From: Mobula hypostoma
Taxonomy: Eukaryota
NCBI RefSeq assembly: GCF_963921235.1
Contig: NC_086097.1
Span: 247,506,001-247,570,000 of the forward strand
Length of the DNA stretch: 64,000 bases
Reading direction: 5' to 3'
Shown here: positions 24,906 through 38,624 of the stretch, piece after piece
Position numbering within the stretch: the first letter of the stretch is position 1
Layout: every line of letters starts with the position of its first letter
Program-made: the position numbers and the translations under genes
Notes under the pieces: model-generated
Seen by the model: the letters and a program-made list of their open reading frames with translations, nothing else
Databases searched by the model: none
Told to the model about the DNA's origin: nothing

Positions 24906-25039
24906 GTGGGGGCAGTCAGCATATTTTGCATGATACCGTCCTCGAGGAGACATTGGTTTGTGCATAATTAAACGCTTGGCAAAGACCAATAAAGAGAAGT
25001 TAGGTTTAAATGGAATGGCCATTGTGTGAGTGGGCCAAT

Positions 25040-26670
25040 GTTGGAGTGGAGAGTTGAGGCTTTGGCTCACTGAGGCTTCAGAGAAGAGAGGTGTAGCCAT
25101 TAGGTAGGTTTTTTTTTCTTTTTTTTTTGTTTCTTATCGTACATTTAAAGTGGTAGGGATGCCGGACAGGAGACTGGAATGCTATTCCTGCAGGATGCGG
25201 GGACAGCAGGGAGACCTCCAGTGTCCCTGATGATTACACCTGCAAAAAGTACATCGAGCTGCAGCTTCTAACAAACTGCTTTAAGATGTTGGAGCTGGAA
25301 CTAGATGAATTCCAGATAATTTGAGAGCCTAAGGGCTTGATAGACAGGACATATAGGGAGGCAGTTACACCCAAGGTGCTGGGCACAGGAAACTGGTCAA
25401 CTGTCAAGAGGGGGAAGAGAGATAGGCAGCCAGTACAGAGTATCCCTGTTGCTATTCCCCTCAGCAACATGTTTGCCTACTGTTGCGGGGGATGACCTAG
25501 TAGATGCGGGAGGAGAAGATGGTGGCGCGCCTGCGCATGCGCAGCCCTCCGGTGAAAAGTGATATTGTATCTGTTAAATAGAGGCCGTGGACAATTCTGA
25601 TTTGATGGTGAATGGACGTGAAAGCACAGAGGAACATCTGGAGAAATTTCTGAAACGCCCGTTTGCTGCTGTCGTTACTGTGTGGTCGGGAATCTTTCGG
25701 AGGGTAGGCCTCAAAATCCCCGGCTTTGCCTGCTTTTGGTGACCGGGAAGGAGGTCAAATCGTTCGGACAGAGATGGCGCTCAGTACTCGGTGTTGGACA
25801 GCTGATCAGAGCTCAAAGTTTTCGGATGACTCAGAGTCGGATTGTGGTCGGCATGGCAGGGAGAGTTTTTCTTCCTTCTCCCGTCTGCGTGAGATGTGGG
25901 ACATTTGAGAAACTTTGAACTTTACTGTGCTCACGGACTTCTCATCAAGTTATGGTATTGTTGCACTGTTGTAACTATATGTTATTATTATGTGGTTTTG
26001 TCGGTTTTTTCAGTCTTGGTCTGTCCTGTGTTTTGTGATATCACGCAGGAGGAAATAATGTATCATTTCTTAATGCATGCATTACTAAATGACAATAAAA
26101 GAGGACTACGTGTCTTCATAATCCTAATCCTAAAGTCACAGTGGCCAGGTCTCTGAGCACTGTGTCTAGCTCTGTGGCTCAGAAGGGAAGGCGGAAGAAG
26201 ATGCAAGCTGTGGTGTTAGGTGATTTGTTGGTTAGGGGAACAGAAAAGAGTAGATGAGAATGAAACTCCTGAATGGTTAGTTGCCTCCTGGGTCACATGG
26301 TCATGGACATCTTAGATCGAGTCCACAGCATTCTTAAGTGATAGGATGAGCAGACAGCGGTCGTGGTCCACGTCAGTACCAATGACACGGGAAGGAGGGT
26401 AGGAGAGGTGACAAGGTCCTGCAAAGTGAGTTCAGGGAATTAGTTGTTAAGTTAAAGGACAGAACCTCCTGGGTTTTCATCTCAGGATTACTACCCATGC
26501 CGTGTGCTAGTGAGGACAGAAATAGGAAGATCATACAGTTTTACACATGCCAAATGTGTTGGTGTTGGAGGGAGGGTTTTGGATCATTGAGCTCTCTTCC
26601 AGGGAAGGTAGGATCAGTACAGCTGAGACAGTTTACACCTGAACTGGAGGGGGACTAATTTCCTAGCGGA
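25040..26670 (+). mobile_element. Decayed CR1 ORF1, interrupted by a non-autonomous element
   Basis: Homologous to 760-1735: SSVPDDYTCKKY..LELELDEF..WSTVKRGK..PVAIPLSN..VHVSTND..LHLNWRGTN. Confidence 0.8.
25508..26130 (+). mobile_element. Non-autonomous retroelement with LINE-like 5' end and TAATCC-type tail
   Basis: Starts GGGAGGAGAAGATGGTGGCG, ends GCATGCATTACTAAATGACAATAAA..TAATCCTAATCC; related copy at ~62795-63468 (-). Confidence 0.7.
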
Positions 26671-27510
26671 ACATGTTAATGGGATTATATCATAGACCAC
26701 CCAACAGTCCATGGGATTTAGAGGAGCAAATTTGTAGAGAGATCGGAGAGTGTTGTAAGAAACATAAGGTTGTTACAGTAAGTGATTTGAACTTTCTACA
26801 TATTGACTGGGACTCCCATACTGTAAAAGGGCTAGATGAGATAGAGTTTGTCAAACTTGTTCAGAAAAAGTTTCCTTAATCAGGCTGTAGAAATCCCAGC
26901 TAGAGAGAGTGTTGATACCAAATCTTCTATTAGGGAATGAGGCAGGGCAAGTGACAGAAGTTCGGTATTTTTTTTTGTAATTTAGAGATACAGCACAAAA
27001 TGGGCCCAGCAACCCCTGTTTTAACCTTAAACTAATCACGGGACAGTTTACAATGACCAATTAACCCTCTAATTGGGATGTCTTTGGACCGTGGGGTAAC
27101 CCATACATTCCACAGGGCAGACATACAGAGTCCTTACAGGTGACATCGGAATAGTATGAATCGAGATGTAATAGCATTATGCTAACCACTATGCTAATAC
27201 AGCACCTTATTTTGTAGGGGAACACTTTGTATCCACTGACAATAATCCCATTAGTTTTAAGGCAATTATGGAAAAGGATAAATCTGGTCCTCCAGTTGAC
27301 ATTCTAAATTGGAGACAAACCAGTTTTGATAGCATCAGAAAGTGGTAGGGATTCAAAAGTGAAATGTTGAGAGTACAGAGTTTGTATATTCCTGTCGGAA
27401 TAAAAGGTTTTCAAGAGACATTGAAGCCCTGGTTAAGAAGAAGAAGGTGGTGCCTGCAAATACGTATTGTGCAATACTTGAGAGCACTCAAGGAGAAAAT
27501 CAGGAGGGCT
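26670..27510 (+). mobile_element. CR1 endonuclease fragments interrupted by a SINE-like piece
   Basis: GLYHRPPNS..EEQICREI..DLNFLHIDWD translation. Confidence 0.75.
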
Positions 27511-27822
27511 TTCCTCGTCGTCCGCTACGCCTCCAAACTTGGTGTCATCTGCAAATTTGCTGATCCGGTTCATCATATTATCATCCAGATCATTGATCTG
27601 GATGGCAAACAACAATGAACCCAACACCGAACCCTGAGGCACACCACCATGTTTTCCCCACTGACTGGGACCAGTCCACTAGACAGGGCTCTAGTCAAAA
27701 AGGAAAGCGTATACTATCACTCTCTGGCTTCTCCTGTGAAGCCAGTTTACTACCTCATCTTGAAGGCCAAGTGACTGCACCTTCTTGACCAGCCTCCCAT
27801 GTGGGACTGTAAAGTCCACGTA

Positions 27823-28353
27823 CAGTACACTGCAAAAGTCTTAAGCACGTTATATATTGATAGTGTGCTGAAGTCTTTTGCACAGTACTGTATTAATTTT
27901 TATGCATTGCACTGTACTGCTGCTGCTCCTGCAAAAAAAAAAACAAATTTCATGACATATGTGAGTGATGATTAACCTGATTCTGATAGGGGTCTCTGTT
28001 GTGGACTGAGAGTGGGAAGGGGGCAGGGAGAGGGCAATCATGGTTGGGAAAAGGGAAAGGGAGCGGGAAGAACCAGAGAGACATTCTGTTATGATCAATA
28101 AACTGATTTGTTGGAATCAAATGAGCTTGCCTGGTGTCTCAGGGCTGGGTGATTCTGTACCCACACCACTCCACCCCTGACACTCCGTCTCTGCCACCTG
28201 TTCCACATCCCTCCCATGGTGCTCCACCCTCACCATTCCCAGCATCCTTTGCTCCAGCCAGATGTACAAACTTGCTCCCTGCTCCACGTTGACAAATACT
28301 CTACTGTGCTAATGTCTTAGGCAGCCTAGGTATTAGACTTTTGCACAGTACTG
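27823..28353 (-). mobile_element. Tc1-type non-autonomous element with mini-palindrome ends
   Basis: CAGTAC..GCAAAAGTCTTA..GCAC inverted pairs at both ends; copies at 52580-53111 and, partially, 42550-42833. Confidence 0.7.
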
Positions 28354-28709
28354 TTGACAGTGTCTACTGTCTCCTCCATCACCTTTCCTGGTAACCTCCT
28401 TGAAAAACTTTATAAGTTTGGCTTGAATTTTATATGCATAATTCAATTTGTGTGACCTCAACTAACAAGCAATCTGCAATATCCTGGATTGATCTTATAC
28501 CTTTTTCAGAATTGAGTTTATATTGACCTATTCTCATTCTCAAAATGTACACTTTACATCTAACAGTGTTAAATTTCATCTGTCACTTTTCTTTCTGTTT
28601 GGTCTACATCTCCTTGAAGTCTATCACTAGCCTGTTCACAGTACACAATGCCTCCAAATTTTGAGTCATTTATAAATATGTCGTTTACGTCCAGGTTTAA
28701 GTCATGAAC

Positions 28710-29216
28710 ATACATTGAGTGTGAGTTGGTGACCTTCTGCCGCTGTAACCCATCCACTTCAAGGTTCAATGTGTTGTGATTCAGAGGCTCGTCTGCACAC
28801 CACTGTTGTAGCAAATGGTTATTTGAGTTACTGTCATCTTCCTGTCAGCTTGAACCTGTCTGGCCATTCTCCTCTGACCCTCTCTCAGTTCTGTGTTTTT
28901 GTTTACAGAACTGGAATTTTCTTTTGCTTTTCACACCATTCTCTGTAAATTCTAGGGACTGTTGTGCATGAAAATCCCAGGAGATCAGCAGCTTCTGAGA
29001 TACTCAAACCACCCTGTCTGGCACCAACAATCATTCCACGGTCAAAGTCACTTAGATCGCAGTTCTCCATTTTGATGTTTAGTTTGAACAACAGTTGAAC
29101 CTCTGGAACCTGTCTGCATATTTGTATTCATTGAGTTGCTGTCACAGGATTGGCTGGTTAGATATTTGTATTAACAAGCAAGTGTACAGGTATCTGATAA
29201 AATAGCTAATGAGTGT
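28710..29216 (-). mobile_element. Deleted Tc1 copy
   Basis: CDLSDFDRGMIVGARQGGLSISEAADLLGFSCTTV; decayed TIR at the right end. Confidence 0.85.
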
Positions 29217-29594
29217 AGATTAGAAAAAGCAGTGTTCTAGATAAGAAATGCTGGTGAACTCTGCAGTACATTTCTCTGCACACCAAAACCAATATTATTA
29301 ATCTGTTTCCAAAATTTTATTTATTCTATTGCCTTTCATCTTGTTGATGAGCCTATTATGTTGCAGCTGATCAAAACCTTTTTGATAGTTTACGTACATT
29401 ACATCAGCTATGTTTCCCTCATCAATCCCCCTGTGACTTATTCAAAGAGGTGTCAATTTAATTAAATATGACTCTAATAAATCGATACTGGCTTTCTCAA
29501 ATATTGATGCAGTTACAAAGAGGGCACACCAGCATCATTAGGAGTTTGAGGAGATTTGGTATGTCACCAAATGCTCTTGCAAGTTTCTACAGAT

Positions 29595-30790
29595 AGTTTT
29601 GAGAGATTCTAAATTGAAGAAATGCTAATTTTGATGATTTCAGAAAGGATCTGGCAAGTGTGGATTGGGACAGGTTGTTGTCAGGCAAAGGTTTTATTTA
29701 GTAAGTGGAAGGCCTTCAAAAGTGAAATTTTGAGAGTACAATGCCTGTCAGAATAAAAAGTAAAGATAACAGGCGTAGGGAACCTTGGTTTTCAAGCAAC
29801 ACTGAGGCCCTGGCTAAGAAAATAAAAGGTACATAGCAGGTAGAGGCAGGTAGGAACAAATGAGGTGCTTATGGAGTATAAGAAATGCAAGCGACACTTA
29901 AGAGAGAAATCAGGAGGGCTAAAAGAAGGCATGAAGTTGCTCTAGCAGAGAAGGTGAAGGAGAATCCTAAGGGATCCTACAGATGTGTTAAGAGCAAAAG
30001 GATTGCGAGGGACAAAATTGGTCCTCTGGGGGATCAGAATGGTAATCCATGTGTGAAGCCAAAAGAATGGGGGGGAGATCTGAAATGCATTTTTTGCATC
30101 TGTATTTACTCATGAAACAGACACAATGTCTGCAGAAGTAAGGCAAAACGGCAACAACTTCATGAACACTATACAGATTACAGAGGAGGAAGAGATTGCT
30201 ATCTTGAGGCAAATGAGGGTGGATAAATCCGCAGGGCCTGACAAGGTGGTACCTTGGACCCTATGGGAGGCAAATGCAGACATTGCTGGGGCCCTAGCAG
30301 AGATATTTAAATCATCCTTAGGCAAGTGAGATACCAGAGGATTAGAGGTGAGCTAATGTTGTTTCGTTGTTTAAAAAAGGCTCTACAAATAAACCAGGAA
30401 ATTATAGGCTGATGAGCCTGACACCAGTAGTGGGAAAGTTATTGGAAGGTATACTAAGGGACTGGATATAGGAGTATTTGGATACATATGGACTGATTAA
30501 GGATAGTCAGCACGTCTTCGTGCTCGGTCGGCCACATCCAACCAACCTTATAGAGTTTTTCGAGGAAGTTGCCAGGAAAGTGGATGAGGGCAAGGAAGTG
30601 GATGTTGTCTACATGGACTTGAGCAAGGCATTTGACAAGGTCCTGCTTGGGAGGCTGGTCAAGACGGTTCAGTCACTTGACATTCAGGATACGGTAGTAA
30701 ACTGGATTAGTCATTGGCTTTGTTGGAGTCACCAGAGTGGTTGTAGAGGGTTGCCTCTCTGACTGAAGGCCTGTGACTAGTGGTGTGCTA
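29595..30790 (+). mobile_element. CR1 ORF2 linker/RT fragment
   Basis: VKENPK, DKSAGPDK, TNLIEFFEEV, VDVVYMDLSKAFDKV. Confidence 0.9.
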
Positions 30791-31061
30791 CAGGCAAATA
30801 CAAAAAACAGTCAAATAATAATCATAAATAAATGAACAGATATGATTGAGACCATGAGCTATGGATTCCTTGAAAGTGAGTCCATTGGTTGTGGAGTCAG
30901 TTTAGTGTTGAAGTGAGTGAAATTAGCCACGCTGGTCCAGGAGCCTGATGGAAGAAGGTAATAATGGTTCCTGAACCTGGTGGTGTGGGACCCAAGGCTC
31001 TTGTACCTCCTTCTCGATGAGCAGTTGCAAGAAGAGAGCATAGTCTGGATGGCAGGGATCA

Positions 31062-31200
31062 TAAACACAAGAGATTCTGCAGATGCTGGAAATCGAGAGG
31101 AACACACACAAAATGCTGGATGAACTCAGCAGATCAGGCAGCATCTTTGGAGATGAATGAACAGTCAACGTTTTGGGCCAAGACCCTTCTTCAGTACTGC
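31062..31200 (-). mobile_element. Penelope-derived terminal fragment with mutated hammerhead
   Basis: Minus strand CTGAAGA-A-GGGTCTTGGCCC-AAAAC-GTT-GACTG. Confidence 0.75.
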
Positions 31201-32044
31201 TGCTTTCTCTTGGCAGTGCTTCTTGTAGATTAAAGTATATTCATTATTCTTTATCTATACTCTTTTCCTTCTTCAATAGATTGTGTAAAGAAACTGCGAC
31301 TATATTCCATGGCAGCTTGTAATAACTACAATGTCTGACCTCAACGTTAAAATGGCTGCAGATAAAAGTACAGTGGTATAGCGGTTTGAACAGGAGCTGA
31401 ACAGCTCCAAGTCTCAGGTTTTATTCTAACCTCAGGTGCCCTCAGCGTGAAGTTTGCTCGTTCTCTCTGTGACCGTGCTTGTTCCAGGTGTTTTGCTTTC
31501 CTCGCTCATTCCAAAGGTGACTGGCGGGTTAAACAGTGACTGTAGATTGCCCGAGAGAGGAAAGCAAGAGAATCCAGGGGAGTTGATGGTCCTGTGAGAG
31601 AGAATAACTTAATAATGAAATAACTGGGGGAAACAAAACATGGGACAGGTCTCAGAACTGGCGCAGACACTAAGCTGCGCGGGTGCGCAACTACGCAGAA
31701 ACTAAAATGCTCCCACGCACGTGACTTTTGTTGCCACACAGCTGGAATCAGACACAGCTAGAAAAGGCTTACAAAACGTGAAAGATTTTCTTTGTTGTAC
31801 GGTACTTCATTCTACCCTTCAATTAATAAAAATAAAACTATGCGATTTCTCAAGTTTCATTCTAAATTTTCATATAATGCATATTACAGAAAAAACTTCT
31901 AAAGTGCTGCGCATTTTTCAGGCCGTGTAAAAATTTCCTGTTCAGAGAAATGGTTGGTCCCTGAAGGTGTAAGAAAAAACAGAGGTAATGTTGAGCCCCG
32001 AACTGGGCCACATGGTCCCTATGTGATTTCTACAATGAAGGCTT

Positions 32045-32615
32045 TATCATGCATTGGTCAGACCCCATTTGGAGTATTATCGGCCCCTTATCTAAGAAAG
32101 CTGGTGCTGGTATTGCAAGGCGTCCAGAAGTTCATGATAATGATCCCAGGAATGAAAGGGTTAACAGATGAGGAGCGTTTGATGGTTCTGGGCTTGAACT
32201 CACTGGACTTAGACGAAAGCGGGGAGCGTGATCTTATTGGAGTCCGTTGCATGTTGAGAGGCCTAAATAGGGTGGATGTGGAGAGGATATTTCCTATAAT
32301 GGGAGAGTCTAGGACCCAAGGACACAGCCTCAGAATAGAAGGATGCTCATTTGGAACAGAGATGAGGAGGAATTTCTTTAGCCAGAGGGTGATTAATCTG
32401 TGGAATTGATTGCCAAAGATGGCTTTGGAGGCCAAGTCGTTGTGTATATTTAAACCAGAGGTTGATAGGCTCTTGATTAGTAAGGGGTTCAAAGGTTACT
32501 GGAAGGAAACAGGAGAATGGGATTGAGAGGGGAAATAAATCCGCCATAATAGAATAGCAGAATAGACTTGATGGGCCGAATGGCCTAATTCTGCTCCTAT
32601 GTCCTATGGTCTTAC
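32045..32615 (+). mobile_element. CR1 3' end
   Basis: PYLRK..IPGMKGL..GHSLRIEG..RRNFFSQRVINLWN plus 3' UTR. Confidence 0.85.
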
Positions 32616-34211
32616 GAGCACTGGTTTTGCAGTGTCATGGAGTAAGATCTTCTTGCTGCAGTTTGAGAGAAGCATTGCATTCTTCTCCTACTGTATGTCT
32701 TATGGTCTATCTGCACATAATGTGTGCAGCCCCAGAATTATAACTGGTCTGGATCTCGCTGCCAAGTTATTTCCAAAGACAGAACAGTCTATAATCAAAA
32801 CTTGACCTCTGCAGGGATTTGCTGAAACTGAATGTGTTGACTGACTCAGTGGTCTTCAATCGCTCTTAAAAGTATTAGATGATCAGAAATTTTCAAAGGT
32901 AGGTAACAAGATTCATCATCATCATCATCATCCTGTGCCGTGTTGTGTGAACGTGATTGCTCTCAGCAAATTTTTCTACCAGAGTGGTTTGCCATTGCCT
33001 TCTTCTGGGTAGTGTCTTTACAAGATAGGTGGCCCCAATCAATACTCTTCAGAGATTGTCTGCCTGGCATCAGTGGTCACGTAACCAGGTCTTGTGATCT
33101 GCACCGGCTGCTCATATGACCACCCACCACCTGCTCCCATGGCTTCACTTGACCCTGGTCGGGGGGGCTAAGCAGGTGCTACACGTTGCCCAAAGGTGAC
33201 CTCCCACCTAGTGGAGGGGACGTATCTCTACCCCACTACAACTCCTCCCTTGGAGGGTCAGACACCCTGAGCCACCCTGGACTTACTTGATAATTTACTG
33301 GCATAATTTACATATTACTATTTAACTATTTATGGTTCTATTACTATTTATTATTTATGGTGCAACTGTAACGAAAACCAGATTCCCCCCCGGGATCAAT
33401 AAAGTATGACTATGACTACCCTACGAACAGTCAGATGACAATAAACTTGAACTTACTTGAACTTAATCAACACTCTTTCTCGTCAGAGACCGATTTAGAC
33501 CACCTCATGGTAACAACCACCCTACAGGCACTGATACGGTTGGATTGTGGCATTGTCTGAGCTACAAAAAAAGGGATATTTACATAGGGATATCATAGGA
33601 TAACCACAACGACAGGTACTCAAGTCTAACAAGATCATCTCATGATGTTTTAAATGTATTATGTTTTTAAATTTATTTTAAAATTTTTCTTTAGTGATAC
33701 AATGCGGAGTAGGCCCTTCCACCCTGTCAAGCTATGCTGTCTCAGCATCCCCACAACATCGATTAACCCTAACCTAATCACGGGACAATTTACAACCACC
33801 AATTAACCTACCTGGTGAAGTTCATGAACCAAAGAGGATACTACTACTACGTCAACTCAGGCCCAGGGGGCCGGCGTTGGGCACGATGACGGACTCTCCA
33901 CTTCTCCCTCTCCCTCATCAGTGTGTTCAGTTCATCTACATTAGCCGCGCCGCTGTCTTCTAGGAGCGTGTTGACCATAGTCTTGGGAGGGCGCCCAGGG
34001 TTCATCCTCCCGTGCTTGGGCTCCCATATAATGACTAGGCTGGCAGGTAGCTCGGGGTGGCGTAGACAGTGCCCCGCTAGTTGCAGTCTTCTCACCTCGA
34101 TTTTAGTGGTGAGCATCGGTAGGTCGTTATAGAGCTCGACGTTCGTCATGTGCTGTTGCCAACTCACATCAAGAGCCATCCGGAGCATTCGTGTATAGCA
34201 ACCATCTAGAG

Positions 34212-36488
34212 TAGTGGTCACCAACCTTTTTAAGCCCAAGATCCCCTACCTCGACCTCAGTGAAAGGCAAGATCTACCTACTAAATCGTTTAGAGAATGA
34301 ACAGCTCAGATTGTACTTCCAATTTGAGGCCTTTTCTTTGGGCGAATTGTATTTGAATTACACAAAATACTTTTGTCAAACTTTCAAATTAATTCAAACA
34401 AGAAAACACTGTAACTAGCATATCAAACAGGCCATAGCTGTCTTTCTTTAAGAATATTACAATACTTCACACCTTTAATTCTAAGTTTCATTATTTAATA
34501 TTATTTCAACACGAAAAATAAATGAATAAAAATTGACTGTTGCACTCAGTGTGATGATTGGGGCTGAATACTTTCTGCTAATTCCCTGAAATTTGGCTCA
34601 TAACTACAGACAGCCAGTCTGAGACAGTCTGTGAGGTGTAGGGTTGCCAACTGACCCATATTCTCCCCGCTAAGGTAGAACGTTCCGATGAAACCTTTCG
34701 TGCCGAAATGCTTTACGCCGAAGAAGCAATTACCATTGATTTATATGGAAAAAAAATTTTGAGCGTTCCCAGACCCAAAAAAAACCTACCAAATCATACC
34801 AAATAACACATAAAACCTAAAATAACACTAACATATAGCAAAAGCAGGAATGATATGATAACTACACAGCCTATATAAAGTAGAAATAATGAAAATTAAG
34901 CCAAAACCGATTCGTGGGGTAAAAAAAAAATCGGCACGTTCGTGCATGCGCACACAGGTGCCTGTGCAAGACTTCATGGTCATGGTAGTCTTTCTCGGGG
35001 TAAACACAAATGTCCTGGGATTTGACTGCTACTTTTGTCCGTTATTTGGGAGTGAGAAAGTTGACAACCCTAGTGAGGTGTCTGTCAGTAAGTCAGCTCC
35101 TGTACTTGATTTAATAATTTTCATCTGTGAAAATGCAATTTCACATAGATAAGTTGACCCGAAGTAGGCACTGACTTTTAGTGGTATAAAACCAACGCAC
35201 ACACCGCGCATTGCTTGGCCCCATCAGTAGTAATTGCCACCAGTTTATGAATGGGGATGTCATTTTCACGGACATATTTTTTTAAACTCATTGTAAATAT
35301 CCTCACCTCCTGTTCTTTCCTTTAATTGCAAAAGAGTGAGGAAGTCCTCCTTTGTTGTAAAATCCTGGAAAGCCATTCTGACAAATACAGCAAGCTGAGC
35401 TGTTTGCATTACATCCAGGGATTCATCGAATTGTAGTGAAAAACATTCACATCCTCTGACAGTGACTGTACCCTCCTTGTCACTGTTGCAGGGTCAAGCG
35501 GTATATTATATATTGCAATTGTGATGCTGTTTTTGTTTCTGAAGTCATTAAAAACAGTCTCTGCGGTAATGGCCATTGCTTCCTTGAATAAATCGCCATC
35601 TGTAAAAGGCTTCTTGTGTTTAGCCAAAAGGTGACTTACACGAAATGATGCTTCAACAGCAGCCTTATTTTGAGCAGCATGTTTTGTGGAAAACGATTGC
35701 TGGGCCTTCAACCCCGATTTCAACTCAACTTCCAGGCACGAATTGCGCTCTTCGGGGGGTAGGTGTCTTTAAATTCCTGGTGGTTGGTTTTGTGGTGCCG
35801 CTCCAGATTCCCTCTTTTAGTCAGTGCTTGTGTTTGGTGGCACAACATACATACACACTTGTCTTTCACCAAGGTAAACAGAAATTCCTCTTCCCATTCT
35901 GGATGGAATTTGTATGTTTTCACCTTCTTTCATAGTGGAGCCTCCGCTATGCTATCAGGATATCACGAACGATTGCCGATTGCGTTGCCTCTGATCTGAG
36001 CCGACATTTTCGTGCCGGGCGGCACCTAACTAATTAGCTTGTTTATTTCAGCTTTTTTTCTTAAAGGTGTGCTGTGTGCATTCCGACTACCGCTGCACTA
36101 CTGCATGCTTCGCGGCCCGGAGGTTGGGGACCACTGCCGTATATTGATGTTTGCAACAGTCTGTACTCTTATCCCTAATCTGATTGGTCACTTTGATGCA
36201 GCACAGGCTATGCTGAAAACGCGGTGCATGGTGGGGGAACTACACACATGCGCACTGGGCAGAAAGAACGGAACTAAACCCCCACAACCCGGAAACAATC
36301 TCTCTTTACAAACAGCTTTTTAGTGAAAATATTGCTATATTACCATTATCCTAATTAGTATTACTTACTTTTATAATGCTCACATTACAACAGTATTTGT
36401 GTATTTATTTCTGATTTATCTTCGGGATCTACTGGGAAAGTCTCAAAGATCGACTGGTCGATCGCAATCGATGGGTTGGCGACCCCTA
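34212..36488 (-). mobile_element. hAT (Buster/Charlie/SPIN-like, GTF2IRD2-type) transposon with fragmented transposase
   Basis: TIRs TAGTGGTCACCAACC / GGTTGGCGACCCCTA; 8-bp TSD ATCTAGAG at 34204-34211 and 36489-36496; BED-like CVCMLC..NLERHHKTNH, KPFTDG and FGSTYLCE.AFSQMKIIKS motifs. Confidence 0.93.
34639..35072. mobile_element. Non-autonomous hAT element nested in the transposase
   Basis: TIRs TAGGGTTGCCAACT / AGTTGACAACCCTA; perfect 8-bp TSD GTGAGGTG at 34631-34638 and 35073-35080. Confidence 0.92.
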
Positions 36489-37204
36489 ATCTAGAGACTT
36501 TCACATAGTCTTGGTGAGTGTCCTCGCCGCGCATCCGTACGTGAGAATGGACTCTATGACTGCTATAAAAATCCTCTTTTTAAGCCCTCTGGATAACTTC
36601 TCTCAAATTTACCTGTCCCATCATTGAAATGTTCTCACAACCTACCGACTCACTTTGAAGTACTCTTCATCTCACGTTCTCATTAGCTGTTGTTTATTTA
36701 TGAATTAATATTATTTCTTTCTTTTTGCATTTGCAGTGTTTGTTGTCTTCTGCACAATGGCAGACCGCATAAGCTAGTGCGGTCTTTCCTTGATTCTATT
36801 TTGGATTTATTGAGTGTCCGCACAAGACAATAAATCTCAGGGCTGTATCAGGTGACATGTATGTACTTTGCTAATAAATTTACTATGGACTTTTTGAACT
36901 TTAGTACATCTTTGTACTGAGGGAGGAAATTGGAGCACCTGGAATAAAGCTCGCATATTCCATGGGGAGGATGTACAGACTCCCCACAGAATGGTGCTGG
37001 AACTAAACCCTGAACTCTGGAACACCCCAAGCAGTATAGCCTCACGCTAACCATTACAATACTGTGGTGCTGTTTAAAACACTTTTAATTTCTATAATTT
37101 AATTAAAACATGAAGATTATGTAAATTTAAAAACACAATCAAATTCTCAGCCCTTAACTTTTCAATTAGGATTGGCAACAGAACTCCGATGAATGGGGAC
37201 ATGT

Positions 37205-38340
37205 CACAAGACCATAAGACAAAGGAGCAGAAGTAGGTCATTCGGCCCATCGAGTCTGCTCTGCCATTATATCATGAGCTGATCCATTCTCTCATTTAGT
37301 CCCACTCCCCCGCCTTCTTACCATAACCTTTGATGCCCTGGCTACTCAGATACCTATCAATCTCTGCCTTAAATACACCCAATGACTTGGCTTCCACTGC
37401 TGCCCGTGAACAAATTCCACAGATTCACCACGCTCTGACAAAAAAAATTTCTTCGCATTTCTGTTCTGAATGGGTGCCCTTCAATCCTTAAGTCATGACC
37501 TCTCGTACTAGACTCCCCCATCATGGGAAACAACTTTGCCACATCCACTCTGTCCATGCCTTTCAACATTCGAAATGTTTCTATGAGGTCTCCCCTCATT
37601 CTTCTAAACTCCAAGGAATACAGTCCAAGAGCGGACAAACGTTCCTCATATGTTAACCCGCTCATTCCCGGAATCATTCCAGTGAATCTTCTCTGTACCC
37701 TCTCCAACGTCAGCACATCCTTTCTTAAATAAGGAGACCAAAACTGCCCACAGTACTCCAAGTGAGGTCTCACCAGCGCCTAATGGAGCCTCAACATCAC
37801 ATCCCTGCTCCTATACTCTATTCCTCTAGAAATGAATGCCAACATTGCATTCGCCTTCTTCACCACTGACTCAATCTGGAGGTTAACCTTAAGGGTATCC
37901 TATACGAGGACTCCCAAGTCCCGTTGCATCTCAGAACTTTGAATTCTCTCCCCATCTATTTCTACTACCAAAGTGCATAACCATACACTTTCCAACATTG
38001 TATTTCATTTGCCACTTCTTTGCCCATTCTTCGAATCTATCCAAGTCTCTCTGCAGACTCTCTGCTTCCTCAGCACTACCGGCCCCTCCACCTATCTTTG
38101 TATCGTCAGCAAACTTAGCCACAAAGCCATCTATTGCATAATCCAAATTGTTGATGTACAATGTAAAAAGAAGTGGCCCCAACACGGACCCCTGTGGAAC
38201 ACCACTACTAATCGGCAGCCAACCAGAATAGGATCCCTTTATTCCCACTCTCTGTTTTCGCCAACCAGCCAATGCTGTATTCACGTATGTAACTTTCCCG
38301 TAATTCCATGGGCTCTTATCTTGTTAAGTAGCCTCATGAT
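37205..38340 (-). mobile_element. CR1 RT C-terminal half plus 3' UTR
   Basis: GVPQGSVLGPLLF, KFADDTK, RPHLEYC. Confidence 0.93.
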
Positions 38341-38624
38341 TGTCATAAATGACAATCATGACTAAAGAATAGCTGAGGGAACAGATGTGAAGTGTAGACA
38401 TGAACGTCAGAGGAAGCTGGTTCCCCCCGTCCCCAAAAAAATCAACACCCTTCCAGGGGTTATCTGCTGAACTGAAAGACGGACATGTTTTAGACATTCC
38501 CAGTCAATTTTTAGGCCAATTGGAAATGGCTAGATGTGCAAGCTATTTCATAATGATAATTCACAGAAAGGATTATTAAAATATACAGTCTGTGATTTTG
38601 TGTGCTCCTGCCTGTTAACTGTTC

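Larger units (their letters stand above)
33838..36595 (-). mobile_element. RTE-clade LINE 3' end split by the hAT insertion (pieces 33838-34211 and 36489-36595)
   Basis: RIFIAVIESILTYGC..TLTKT..KS|LDGCYTRMLRMAL..RRLQLAGHCLRH..GRPPKT; TAG-type tail. Confidence 0.85.

Noticed and set aside
31645..31995. CpG-rich patch as a promoter
   Set aside because: Short and more like a DNA-transposon remnant; paired TIRs could not be confirmed, so no call is made
35409..35923. GTF2IRD2/EPM2AIP1-like host gene
   Set aside because: Frameshifted, internally deleted and bounded by TIRs and a TSD, so it is a transposon rather than a domesticated gene
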